From Nemertoderma westbladi (Eukaryota > Animalia > Xenacoelomorpha), in the NCBI GenBank assembly GCA_032718475.1, contig JAUCBJ010002509.1, forward strand, positions 1 through 41,869: DNA of 41,869 nucleotides, read 5' to 3'. Positions 1 through 10,099 of this stretch are shown here, piece after piece. A model generated the notes under the pieces. The model did not search any database. It saw nothing but the letters and a program-made list of their open reading frames with translations, and was not told where the DNA came from. Within the stretch, counting starts at the first letter, position 1. Every line of letters starts with the position of its first letter. The position numbers were made by a program, and so were the translations under genes.

Positions 1-1266
1 TTTTGCTATTCTTTCTGCTTCTACTTCTGCCGCCGCTGCCTTTCTTTCTGCTTCTGCTTCTGCCGTAGCCGCCGCCTTTTGTTCCTCTATCCTTCTTTTC
101 TTTATTTGTTCTTCTCGGACTCTAGTGAGACGGAGTTTTTCATCACATTCAGCTTGGTTTGCAGCTAACATTTCGGTATCGATCGCGTCCAATATAAGCT
201 TGGTTCCTTCACTATTAGGGGAAAGTCCATGTAGCCGTCTCCTCAACTCTTCGTCTCCTAGGAATCGCTGATAGTCGGACAAATAAATGTCGATAGCGTC
301 TCTAGTTCGCGGTTTCTCGGCGGCCTCTTCGCTTTCCTCTTGAGCAAGGGTGACATCAGTTTGTTCGGAGACATCAGTCGGTTCCTCATAGATTGATCTC
401 TCAGCCAGCTGGGATTTCCACGGGGCTGTTTCCTGTACTTTGAGATCTACTCGATGTAGCCAAGTTTTGACAGCAACCTGCAGCGACGTGTCCTGTCTTC
501 TTTTGGAAGTTTCCTCAAAGGCTGAGAGGATTAGTCGAATGCGTAGGGTTCTTTCGCGTATTTGATATAGCAGTTCTTCCTGCTCTTGAGGTCCGTGAGG
601 TTGTCGAAACAGTTGTTCCTCCAATCGCTCCAAGGATCCGAAGAATCCCTGCACATATCCTGCTGCCGACCTCTTCCAAACAGCTGGATCCATTGTATCT
701 TTTGCCACTCCCATCCTGTGTATATCTTCCCAAGTAGCCTCGGACATATCAAACGGAAGTCCGAGTCCGGGAAAGTTCCATTGTGATTCAACAATAGATC
801 TCAATTCTTCCCTGGCGTATCCCGCGTAATTATCTTGGGTCGCTTGCTTATTCTTCGCCCAGTCGGCTTGATGTTCTTCCACCGCAATGAGTATAGTAGT
901 CAGCACTGCAGCAGGAAGAGTAAGAAGGGGGTCCGAGTAGACTTTATCAGACATCTGCACTCCATGTTCGGGAGTCAGCTCTACAGTATCAGAACTGCTG
1001 GAGCTATCAGGTCGCGGGGAAGTAGGTTCTTGACCAAGATGTTGCTGCGATAAGACAATTGCCTCTTGGTCCCGTTTTACCTGTGCCCTAGTGCCTATGA
1101 TGGACCTATGGTGGACTAGCCTAGGGTCTGATACTACTGGAGGGATGACCTTTTTTACAGTAGGAGGTGAGCCGAACTTCTCTTTTATTCGCTCCACACT
1201 CCTATCTGAATCACAGATAGTGGTCTCGATCAGACTGTCCGACAGGTTTTGCTGAGTGTCCGACAT
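1..1266 (-). CDS. 5' part of BEL/Pao-type Gag ORF, unit 1 (runs off the window; not in the ORF track)
   Basis: ATG at 1266; I read all 422 codons down to base 1 and found no stop. Begins MSDTQQNLSDSLIETT and later reads RDAIDIYLSDYQRFLGDEELRRRLHGLSPNSEGTKL and EAEAERKAAAA, homologous to the N-terminus of the 4692-8777 ORF. Confidence 0.9.
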   Translation of the reverse strand, partial: MSDTQQNLSDSLIETTICDSDRSVERIKEKFGSPPTVKKVIPPVVSDPRLVHHRSIIGTRAQVKRDQEAIVLSQQHLGQEPTSPRPDSSSSSDTVELTPEHGVQMSDKVYSDPLLTLPAAVLTTILIAVEEHQADWAKNKQATQDNYAGYAREELRSIVESQWNFPGLGLPFDMSEATWEDIHRMGVAKDTMDPAVWKRSAAGYVQGFFGSLERLEEQLFRQPHGPQEQEELLYQIRERTLRIRLILSAFEETSKRRQDTSLQVAVKTWLHRVDLKVQETAPWKSQLAERSIYEEPTDVSEQTDVTLAQEESEEAAEKPRTRDAIDIYLSDYQRFLGDEELRRRLHGLSPNSEGTKLILDAIDTEMLAANQAECDEKLRLTRVREEQIKKRRIEEQKAAATAEAEAERKAAAAEVEAERIAK

Positions 1267-2589
1267 GTTTAGTTATACAGTTGAATGTCTACTACTATAA
1301 TTTCAGTTAAAGCAAATCTAGTAATTCAGTATGACCGCAAGCCTAGCGATTTATTACCGGTACCGTTACTCAGTGGAACGTGATATATATACAATATATT
1401 AGAATACCGGTATGCTTATAATATATAAGTGTTATTATAGACTAGGTGTGTCACAGAGTACCGGTATATAATTTTAGCACAAATATATATATATATATAG
1501 TAGGCCTATAATGAATACCGGTATACAGCTTACACTTATAGTATATAAGTATAATTCTGGACTAGAATTAATTACAGAGTACCGGTATGATTTCAGCTCA
1601 AATTTATAGAAATAAATATAATAAGCCTATTGTAAGTACCGGTATGTCAATTATTTTTAGAATAATTGAATTTCTGAATATTTTAGGGCTACTTGGTTAC
1701 TTTAACTTACTTTTGTTACCGTTATTTAAGCAGTAGTCCAACTGATAGTGAGACCTAGTTTTGTATGGCAGGCCTACTATTTATAAATCGTTTTTATTTG
1801 ATTTATAATAGATATATACCCGTTTAAAAGGGTTTTTGACAATATTTGAAATAAATGTTATTATTTCTGGGGAAGTCACTACACAGAAGCTGAACGCCTC
1901 TAAGTGAAGTGCTATTTATTTGACACTAAAACTGATAATTCTAATTTACCTAAGTTACTTAATACTACAAATTACTTACGATACGGGTGAGATTAATTCT
2001 CTAATTAAACACAACAAAATATGACGTACGAATTTTTAGGGTAATTTTACAGGAAGTCTACAAACCAGTCCAACAAAGGGTTAGATTTCTGGCTATTACA
2101 AAGGACAGGGTACTACGGTATTTAAATAATAAGTAGTAGTAAATATATTGTACTGTCCAGATAGGAAAATACCACCGCCTGACGACCTATAACCGTATCG
2201 CTATAGGTACTACGTTATGTATCACGGATTGTTCCTACCCAGAAGCTAATAGAGCTAATGAATGTGCCTATCAACCACTTTACAACACAAATATACTGCC
2301 TACACTAATTACTTCGGAAGGCACTGTACTCTAAACCCTAAATTAGGTACAAGTACCGGTATAACAAATAATCAGTAGTTAAATATACTTGAACAGTTAA
2401 AAGAACCACGGCATCTGCTGGAGTGACCGAAGCACAAAGTCGTCAGTCTTTACCTACGCCAAGCAGCCCTGATGTAGTACCGGGGTTAGTTTAACTATAA
2501 CGGTATGTATAACAAGCACAATTACTGTAGGAATAAACTTGGGGACATGAATGTTGCGAATAATCGCATAAACTCTGAATAATAAATAT

Positions 2590-3150
2590 TACGCTACCCG
2601 TACAGAATACTCAAACAAATACAAACCAAACGCTGGCAGACTACTATCAAGCCTAAACAAACTACTGTATGTGCAGATTCTGAAACTGTTAGTTAGTATG
2701 CGTGCTAACACGGTAGTACGACTTACTCTTTAAGAGGGGATTGACCTTACAGTGTTGACTGCCCCAACTCACTAACGGCACTTGATCAGACCAACTCTAC
2801 ACACGCAGCAATCCCTTCAGACCTAAAAATAGCTAGACAACAATCCAGCCTACAAATATTTGAGTAATAACTATTACGGTACCTGAACAGACCACACAAA
2901 CAAACACAGGCCAAAACACTGGCAGACTACGATCAAGCCTAAATAAACTACGGTATATGCAGACTCTGAAACTGTTAGTTAGTATGCGTGCTAACACGGT
3001 AGTACGACTTACTCTTTAAGAGGGGATTGACCTTACAGTTATGACTGCCCCAACTTACTAACGGCACTTTATCAGACAAACTCTACACACGCCGTAATCT
3101 CTCCAAACCCAACCACAGTCAGACAGCAGCTCAGCCTACAATTATCTGAA
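2590..3150. repeat. ~286-bp tandem duplication in the leader of unit 1
   Basis: ctgttagttagtatgcgtgctaacacggtagtacgac occurs at 2686 and 2972. Confidence 0.9.
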
Positions 3151-4691
3151 CAATCTGAGCAGACTTACACGTCTTCAGCTCAATATTAACTTACTAGGAA
3201 ATAAAACTGACAGAAATAAGTAAGCTCCAAAAGAAACAAGGGGTGTACAGTCCCTAATCTCTTAAACAGCCTACCGGTATACAATAATCAAAATCGAATA
3301 ATACTAAATGTACTTGTACAGCAGTACCGGTACCGGTGATGACAGTTAGGCCTACTGACCTACAAAGTACCGGTTCAGTTTTACCGGTCACTACGGTAGT
3401 TTGCAACCTTATTGCCTACTGCAATAAGATTAATAAACTGTTACTGTTCGCGCTTTTGAATACCTTTAGCAGTTTAACCTGCCAAAATTTATATGTCTTT
3501 TAGTTAATTAAAACCACTTTAGCATACGACAATAATTTATGCTAATACGCAAAACATTAGCCGAAGTCAGCCCATGCGCGATCATTCACCCGATGGATCT
3601 ACACCCGGGAGACTGAATTCGGATGCTTGAATTGTATTATTACAGTGGAAGGTTGCAGTGTATACCTAATGTATTATTCGATAGATCGTTAATAATTAAT
3701 CTCTGACAGATATTATTGGCTTTCGGGAAATATTAACAGTTCCTTTAGGACGTGGCGCTTTATCTATTTAAACAGAACTAAGACTTATACTAAACGCAAC
3801 GATACTGCTTATGATTAAAGTATAAAGCGTATTCTTTAGGAAATACTTTGTTACCAATCACAATCATACACACTATTCTGCCGACAGTCAGTACATTTGA
3901 TCACACATAAAGAGAGCAGTAATTGACTCACGTAGGGTCTGCTAAATAACATTGGATTCAATACACACCACATTAATATAAATCGCAATTGTTATATATA
4001 GCCGGTCTCTCTAACCTGTAGTGTTATCAAGAAAATTGGGAATTGGGTGATTTATCCGTATTAGCCAAATAGCAATATTTCCATCCACAAATATTTACAA
4101 TTAATAACTGACGGTAAAATAACAGTACAAACAATATGATTAATGCAAAAGTATCAAGATTAGTTAATGAGTATGATTATCAAGTTAAATTAGTTCGGTA
4201 ACAGTTTATACTTTCGATAATTCAAGCAGTTTACGGTACAGCAGTATCTATCCAAAAATGCCGGTGTTTCTGGCTTAGACAGCAATAACAACAAAGTAAC
4301 AAGAAAAAACAGTAAGACTGAACACTCTCCTTATCATCGGCAGAAAAGCTACACGTCGACAGGAAAAACCGCCCTGATTGGCCCAAGCCAAACAAAGAAC
4401 CACGCGTCCAATGGCTGTTTCCATGTCAGCAACCAGCTGCTAGATGTCGTAATATGAATCATCACGGCTAAGCTGTGAAAGGTGGTTGGTGCATTACAAG
4501 TTTTTTGTCTTACCATGTCCACTAAAACACGTATATAGCAGAATGATTTTTATGTCCGTTAAAACACCTGTAAAGGTACCTTGCGGGCGAGGGGAATATA
4601 TATACAGTTAGAAAACCTTTTTAGAGTATTCCAGCGCCTGGGGGAGAACTGGCCAGCAAAGGCAAACGTATCAGTTATCCCACAAAAGCTT

Positions 4692-7600
4692 TTACAAGGT
4701 GGTCGTGGGAAGAGAATCTTGCCTTCCACAGTTTCCGGAGAGTCCTCCATTCCCTTCCGGTAAACACAAACGACCGACTGGGTGATTGCGTCGCTGCATC
4801 CCGAATACAATTCCAGGTTTCCTCTTTGTCCTAGAATAGTGACGATAGAAACATCGCTCTAAGTACACGACGGCCTTACAAAGCCGATTCCAGGAGCTAT
4901 AGTGGTCCGTCGCTCCCTGCAGGAGAGGTGAGAGTCCCTGCGAGACGTCTGATGTTCCAGAGCTCCAATCGCTCTCTCTGATCTTCATGAAGGATCCACT
5001 CGCGGTGGGGAGGTCCAGATCCACGGCGTCGTCCCTGGCAATATGTAATACCGACAGATCTATCCCGGGTTCAAATAACTCCGCTCCACCCGTCCGGGTT
5101 TTAGGTTTGACTTTCTCCGCTCCCTTGGCTGGTCTAATCTCAGTCGGAGTAAGATGGGGAGGCCATTCATCCTCCTTACTCAGGAAGTCGGGTTCACCTA
5201 ACCGGTCTGTAGTATCTGTCAGTTCTTGAGGAGTTGCTCCTCTGGAAGCGATGTCGGCTATATTCATCGTCTTGGGGCAATATCTCCATTGATCTACATT
5301 GGAGTTAAGATTGTCATTATCTGAGGAGTGTGGTGTTCCCTCAGTTGGGTCGTCTCCCTCACTAGTATCGTCTTCCCATTCACTCACCTGGCAGACGCGA
5401 TCTTGAAGCAGTCTTTCCCTGAGCGTTCTACGGGAAGGTCCAGTAAGGTACCAACCTACTCTAGTTCTTACCGCATAGGCCTGAAGTGGTTGCGGTTGAG
5501 TAGGTCGTTTCTCTAATGTCTCCAGCGCCTCATGCGCGTTTTGACCGATTAATATTTGTACTCCAGGATAATCGGTGTCGAATCTAGGGATGTTAAGTTG
5601 TTGGACATGATCATCTTCGTCCCAATTATAAGGTTCAACTTGGGTGGTAGCGAAGTTCTTTATTGCCACCATTTTTACTGACCTTATACTGTATTCTCCT
5701 AGTTTATCCTGTGGAGTGGACAACTCACCTATATAATAGTCGGCAGCTACAGTAGAATTCCAAACCTGCATGATCCCTGACATGTTTAGCTTGGTTCGGA
5801 ACTTGGGTTGTCCAGCAAAGATGACTTCGGCTAGTTCTTTATCGATGAATGTTCCTGTGCTACCGGAGTCCAGGAGGGCGTTCACTATATAGCTCTTCTG
5901 AGGTCCGTGGACCCGTAACTGGACTACAGGAAATTCTCGGATTCCTATATTGGAAGTTGGCGCTTTCCAAGATGGTTGTTGATCTGAAGTAGTTAGGGTG
6001 AGGTCGCTGTCTGTGTCTTTCTCATACATGAGTGCTCGATACACTGCGGTGGTGTTTATTAAGTAACAGGATTCGTTTTCGTCGGAGAACTCGTCCGTAT
6101 AGAATCCTTCCATCTCAGATTGATCAGTGTCGTTCACATCACTGAATTGGACATGTAGTTCGGACTCACTTACCTGACTCGGGCTGTTTCGTTCGAATTC
6201 CGTGTGCAACAAGATATGATGTTTTGCGCCGCACTTTGCACACCTTGCGTCGGAGTAACAGGTTCGCCGTTGGTGTCCTCGTCTGAGGCAATTATAACAC
6301 AACCGCTTATCCCACATGACTTCACGTCTATCCTTAAGTGATTTCCTCAGGAATTTATCACACGCATTTAAACGGTGGGGCCCGTCGCACAGCACACATT
6401 TGGGCTTGATGTTACTTACTTTAACATGTGCTGTGTGGTGCACACTTGTTCTTTCTTCGGGCTTTCTCACCTGAATTCTTTTAGGAGACGTAGGAGGGGT
6501 TTTTTGTACCGGTTCCCTTCTGTCATTGGGTCGAGACTTGGATTTACTTACCTGATCTTTAGGCATTTTATTGACATAATAAGATCTGTCAGTGTCTTTC
6601 CCGCTGTCCTCTCCTTGAGAAGTTTGGCTTTCACCGTCGTCGGTATAATATACTGGTGTTACCCTTCTCCTAGAAACGGGTTTCTCACTTACCTTACTTT
6701 CCGCTGTCTTCTCTCTGGACTGCTTTATGAGCTGTAATTTCACCTCGCTATCCAAGAATGACATGAGATCAGCCATGGTAGGGTCTCGTTGTTGTTGTTC
6801 CATCATATATAACACCTTCTTGTCCCAGCGTGTACCTACTCCACCCTTGGGCAAAGTAGATGCTAAGGCTCCTACAACCATAGAATTCTGGTATTCATGA
6901 GACTTACCTAACCAATCTAGTTGTCTACAGATCTCCTGAATCTCATCGGAAAACTCTATAATCCCGCTGCTAAGAAACTTTCGGGGCGCCATTAATTTCG
7001 CATATAAATACCTAGCTATGTTAGTCCTATTACCATACCTGATGTTTAGTGTATCCCAAACTTGTCTTAATCCGTCTGGATGTCCAATAAACTTTAACGC
7101 CATTAACTTGGGAGATCCTTCCAAGCACTCGATGAGGTATCTAAGTTTTTCTCCATTAGATAGTACAGAGTTCTGTATGTTATCTTTGTAATATTCATTA
7201 AAAGGTAACCATTTCATCTCATCTCCATTGAATTTGACTATCTCTCCCACCTTCACCGCTTGACGGGCTTCGGTTCTAGCCATTTGACGCGTAAAACTTT
7301 CTTGGGCCATCGTGTTATTTAATATCGAGTTATCGGTATATAAATTTCTCGGATTATGATCAGGTCTATAGGGAATGTCATTATCAACAGGTCTATAATT
7401 ACCCTTAATAGGGTTCACTATAGGAGTTTCGACTTCGCTAGCAGTATATATGCGTGTAGGCTCCACACCTTGCGCATGAGATACTTCAGACCTAACAGGT
7501 TGACACATTGTTACTGAGGGTGGTGGTATACCCCCTTGTGTGTTTACTAATTTATCGCGTTCGAGCGCGATACTTTGCTGCACTTCTTGCAACTCTAGCC

Positions 7601-8777
7601 TACTTTCCCTTACTGTGCCCTTGAATTGCTGGACAGTCTCCTGCATCTGCCCGAGCAGGATATCCATCCCCCGCTGTCTCTCGTCCACCCATTCGACCGC
7701 CGAAGCGGGAGTCGCCAACGTTGTAGCGGGCGGACGAGGGACAACGGGCGACAAATTATGAATAATTCGCTCGGGGTCCAGGACCTGAACTGTATCCGGG
7801 GCAGTTCTACGGGGCACAGGTAGCTTAGTGCTATGCAAAGGGAATTTAGAGGTAGTCTCAGGGAGCACAGGTATGTCTATCACCGAAGGGGTGATTTCAA
7901 GAACAGGCCTAATTATTTCAGGCTCATCTACTATAGTAGGGAGTCTTTCTATTTTAATTATTTGGTCTGTGGGCTCTGTACTACCTAAGTTGGTGTTATT
8001 TAGTTGCCTTCTAACAGCTGGAGGCAAATCAGGCAATTTCTGACGGTGGAATGTTCTTTTACGTCTGCTTAAACGAGATCTATTTCCTTTGCCTTCAGTA
8101 TCGGTGGTATCACCTTCCTCAGATGATGTATATCCCTGTCGTTTGGGAGTAGATCGATTCATCATCTGCATATTGCTAGCTGTTAACTGTTTATTTATGC
8201 AGTCTTGATTCTCCTGAATGTTTTCCAATTCTAACTGGGTGATTTCTTCAGTCGCTCTCCGTTCTGTTTCTGCTACTGCCTCTGCCACTTTTCTTTCCAC
8301 TTCGGCCTCTGCCGCTGTCGCCTTTCTTTCCGCTTCGGCCTCTGCCGCTGCCGCCTTTCTTTCCGCTTCGGCTTCTGCCGCTGCCGCCTTTCTTCCCGCT
8401 TCTGCCTCTGCCGCTGCCGCCTTTCTTTCCGCTTCTGCCGATGCCACTGCTGCTGCTACTGTCGCTGCCTTTCTGTCTTCTATACGTTTTTTCTTAACCC
8501 TTTCCTCTTGGTCTCTAGCGATGCGGAGTTGTTCATCGAATTTAGCCTGATTCGCAGCTCTCATTTCCACATCGATGGCATCCAACACAAGCTTGGTTCC
8601 TTCACTATTAGGGCTAAGTCCCTCTAACCTTCTCCTCAACTCGTCATCACCTAAAAAACGTTGATAGTCTGACAGATAGATGTCAATGGCATCCCTCTTA
8701 TGCGGTTTCTCTGCTGTCACTTCGCTCTCGGTTGTATCTAGTAGACTGTCTGACAGGTTCTGCTTTGCGTCAGACAT
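4692..8777 (-). CDS. BEL/Pao Gag-aspartic protease polyprotein with RNase H tail remnant
   Basis: Capsid-like region KFNGDEMKWLPF...KLRYLIECLEG...YGN. Triple Zn knuckle CVLCDGPHRLNAC / CYNCLRRGHQRRTC / CAKCGAKHHILLH. Protease ALLDSGSTGTFI, then ILIGQN and VRTRVGWYLTGP. RNase H C-terminal motif WRYCPKTMNIADIASRG...EPDFL...WP and YSSWNRL. No YxDD RT core and no integrase. Confidence 0.92.
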   Translation of the reverse strand: MSDAKQNLSDSLLDTTESEVTAEKPHKRDAIDIYLSDYQRFLGDDELRRRLEGLSPNSEGTKLVLDAIDVEMRAANQAKFDEQLRIARDQEERVKKKRIEDRKAATVAAAVASAEAERKAAAAEAEAGRKAAAAEAEAERKAAAAEAEAERKATAAEAEVERKVAEAVAETERRATEEITQLELENIQENQDCINKQLTASNMQMMNRSTPKRQGYTSSEEGDTTDTEGKGNRSRLSRRKRTFHRQKLPDLPPAVRRQLNNTNLGSTEPTDQIIKIERLPTIVDEPEIIRPVLEITPSVIDIPVLPETTSKFPLHSTKLPVPRRTAPDTVQVLDPERIIHNLSPVVPRPPATTLATPASAVEWVDERQRGMDILLGQMQETVQQFKGTVRESRLELQEVQQSIALERDKLVNTQGGIPPPSVTMCQPVRSEVSHAQGVEPTRIYTASEVETPIVNPIKGNYRPVDNDIPYRPDHNPRNLYTDNSILNNTMAQESFTRQMARTEARQAVKVGEIVKFNGDEMKWLPFNEYYKDNIQNSVLSNGEKLRYLIECLEGSPKLMALKFIGHPDGLRQVWDTLNIRYGNRTNIARYLYAKLMAPRKFLSSGIIEFSDEIQEICRQLDWLGKSHEYQNSMVVGALASTLPKGGVGTRWDKKVLYMMEQQQRDPTMADLMSFLDSEVKLQLIKQSREKTAESKVSEKPVSRRRVTPVYYTDDGESQTSQGEDSGKDTDRSYYVNKMPKDQVSKSKSRPNDRREPVQKTPPTSPKRIQVRKPEERTSVHHTAHVKVSNIKPKCVLCDGPHRLNACDKFLRKSLKDRREVMWDKRLCYNCLRRGHQRRTCYSDARCAKCGAKHHILLHTEFERNSPSQVSESELHVQFSDVNDTDQSEMEGFYTDEFSDENESCYLINTTAVYRALMYEKDTDSDLTLTTSDQQPSWKAPTSNIGIREFPVVQLRVHGPQKSYIVNALLDSGSTGTFIDKELAEVIFAGQPKFRTKLNMSGIMQVWNSTVAADYYIGELSTPQDKLGEYSIRSVKMVAIKNFATTQVEPYNWDEDDHVQQLNIPRFDTDYPGVQILIGQNAHEALETLEKRPTQPQPLQAYAVRTRVGWYLTGPSRRTLRERLLQDRVCQVSEWEDDTSEGDDPTEGTPHSSDNDNLNSNVDQWRYCPKTMNIADIASRGATPQELTDTTDRLGEPDFLSKEDEWPPHLTPTEIRPAKGAEKVKPKTRTGGAELFEPGIDLSVLHIARDDAVDLDLPTASGSFMKIRESDWSSGTSDVSQGLSPLLQGATDHYSSWNRLCKAVVYLERCFYRHYSRTKRKPGIVFGMQRRNHPVGRLCLPEGNGGLSGNCGRQDSLPTTTL
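8270..8470 (-). repeat. 33-bp coding repeat (AAAAEAEAERK)n, probable coiled coil
   Basis: About 5-6 imperfect 11-aa units in the Gag N-terminus; the same repeat starts at 1-80 in unit 1. Confidence 0.85.
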
Positions 8778-10099
8778 GCTTATGTGTACAGTTGAATGTC
8801 TACTGCTGTATTACAGTTAAAGCAAGTCTAGTAATTCAGTATCACTGTTAGCCTAGTAATTAATTACCGATACTACTACTCAGTGTAGCGTGGTATATAT
8901 AATATATTAGAATACCGGTATGCTTATAGTATATATAACTATTATTACAGACTAGGTTTATCACAGAATACCGGTATAATTTTAGCACAAATATATATAA
9001 ATATATAATAGGCCTATCGGGAATACCGGTATACAGCTTACAGTTTTGTAGTATATATAATTATAATTCTGGACTAGAATTAATTATAAAGTACCGGTAT
9101 AATTTCAGCCTAAACTTACAGAAATAAAGATAATAGGCCTATCGTAAATACCGGTATATCAATTATTTTAAATAATTGAATTTCTGAATTTTTAGGGTTA
9201 CTTGGTTACTTTACTTACTTTATTACCGTTATTTGAGCAGTAGTCTAACTGACATTGAGACCTAATGGTTGTATGGTAGGCCTACTATTTATAAATCGTT
9301 AGATTTGATTTATAATATATATATACCCGTTTTAATGGGTTTTGTCAATGTTTGAAATAAATGTTATTATTTCTGGGGAGTAATCACTACACAAAGCGGT
9401 GCGCTTTCAGTGAAGTGTTACTTATAGGACACTAAAACAAATAATACTAATTTACCTAAGTTACTTAATACTACAAATTACGTACGATTCGGGTTGAGAT
9501 TACAATCTCTAAATAAACACAAAAATTTACAAAAACACAAAATACGAATTTTTTAGGGTAATTTTACAAGAAGTCTACAAACCAGCCTAACAAAGGGTTA
9601 GAAATCTGGTTATTACAACGGACAGGGTACTATGGTATTTGAAATAATAAGTAGTAGTAAAAGACACTGCGTTGTCCAGATAGGAAAATACCACCGCCTG
9701 ACGACCTATAGCCGTATCGCTATAGGTTCTACGTTATATATCATGGAGTGTTCCTACCTAGAAGTTAATAGAGCTAATCGAACGTGCCTATCAACCACTT
9801 TACAATACAAATGTAATGCCTACACTAATTACTTTCGGAAAGTACTGTACACTAAACCCTAAATTAGGTACGAGTACTTGTATAACATATAATCTGTAGT
9901 TAAATATACTTGAACAGCTAAAAGAACCACGGCATCTGCTGGAGTGACCGATGCACAAAATCACCAGTCTTTACCTACGCCAAGCAGCCTGTGTAGTACC
10001 GGGGTTAATTTAACTATAGCGGTATGTATAACAAACACAATTATTGTAGGAACAAACTTGGGGAATGAATGTTGCGAATAATCGCATAAACTCTGAATA

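Larger units (their letters stand above)
1..4566 (-). mobile_element. BEL/Pao-derived unit 1 (LTR/leader plus start of gag)
   Basis: 1267-4566 is colinear with 8778-12123 through many shared blocks. Minus-strand start TGTTTTAACGGACATAAAA at 4566 matches TGTTTTAGCGGACATAAAA at 12123; a TGT start is typical of LTRs. Inner LTR end and PBS not identified. Confidence 0.75.

Noticed and set aside
515-1053. Short ORFs listed at 515-733, 531-794, 586-786 and 835-1053
   Set aside because: Alternative-frame or antisense shadows of the open gag frame at 1-1266.
2448-2461. Minus-strand TGGCGTAGGTAAAG as a tRNA-Ser PBS for the BEL units
   Set aside because: Only ~8 nt of resemblance and not preceded by an LTR-ending CA.
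2680-2726. Apparent 47-bp intron on the minus strand (GTAAGT...TACTAAC...TTTCAG)
   Set aside because: Donor, branch point and acceptor are all altered in the homologous unit 2 repeats.
4987-8550. Plus-strand ORFs over the gag-protease gene
   Set aside because: Antisense shadows with no motifs.
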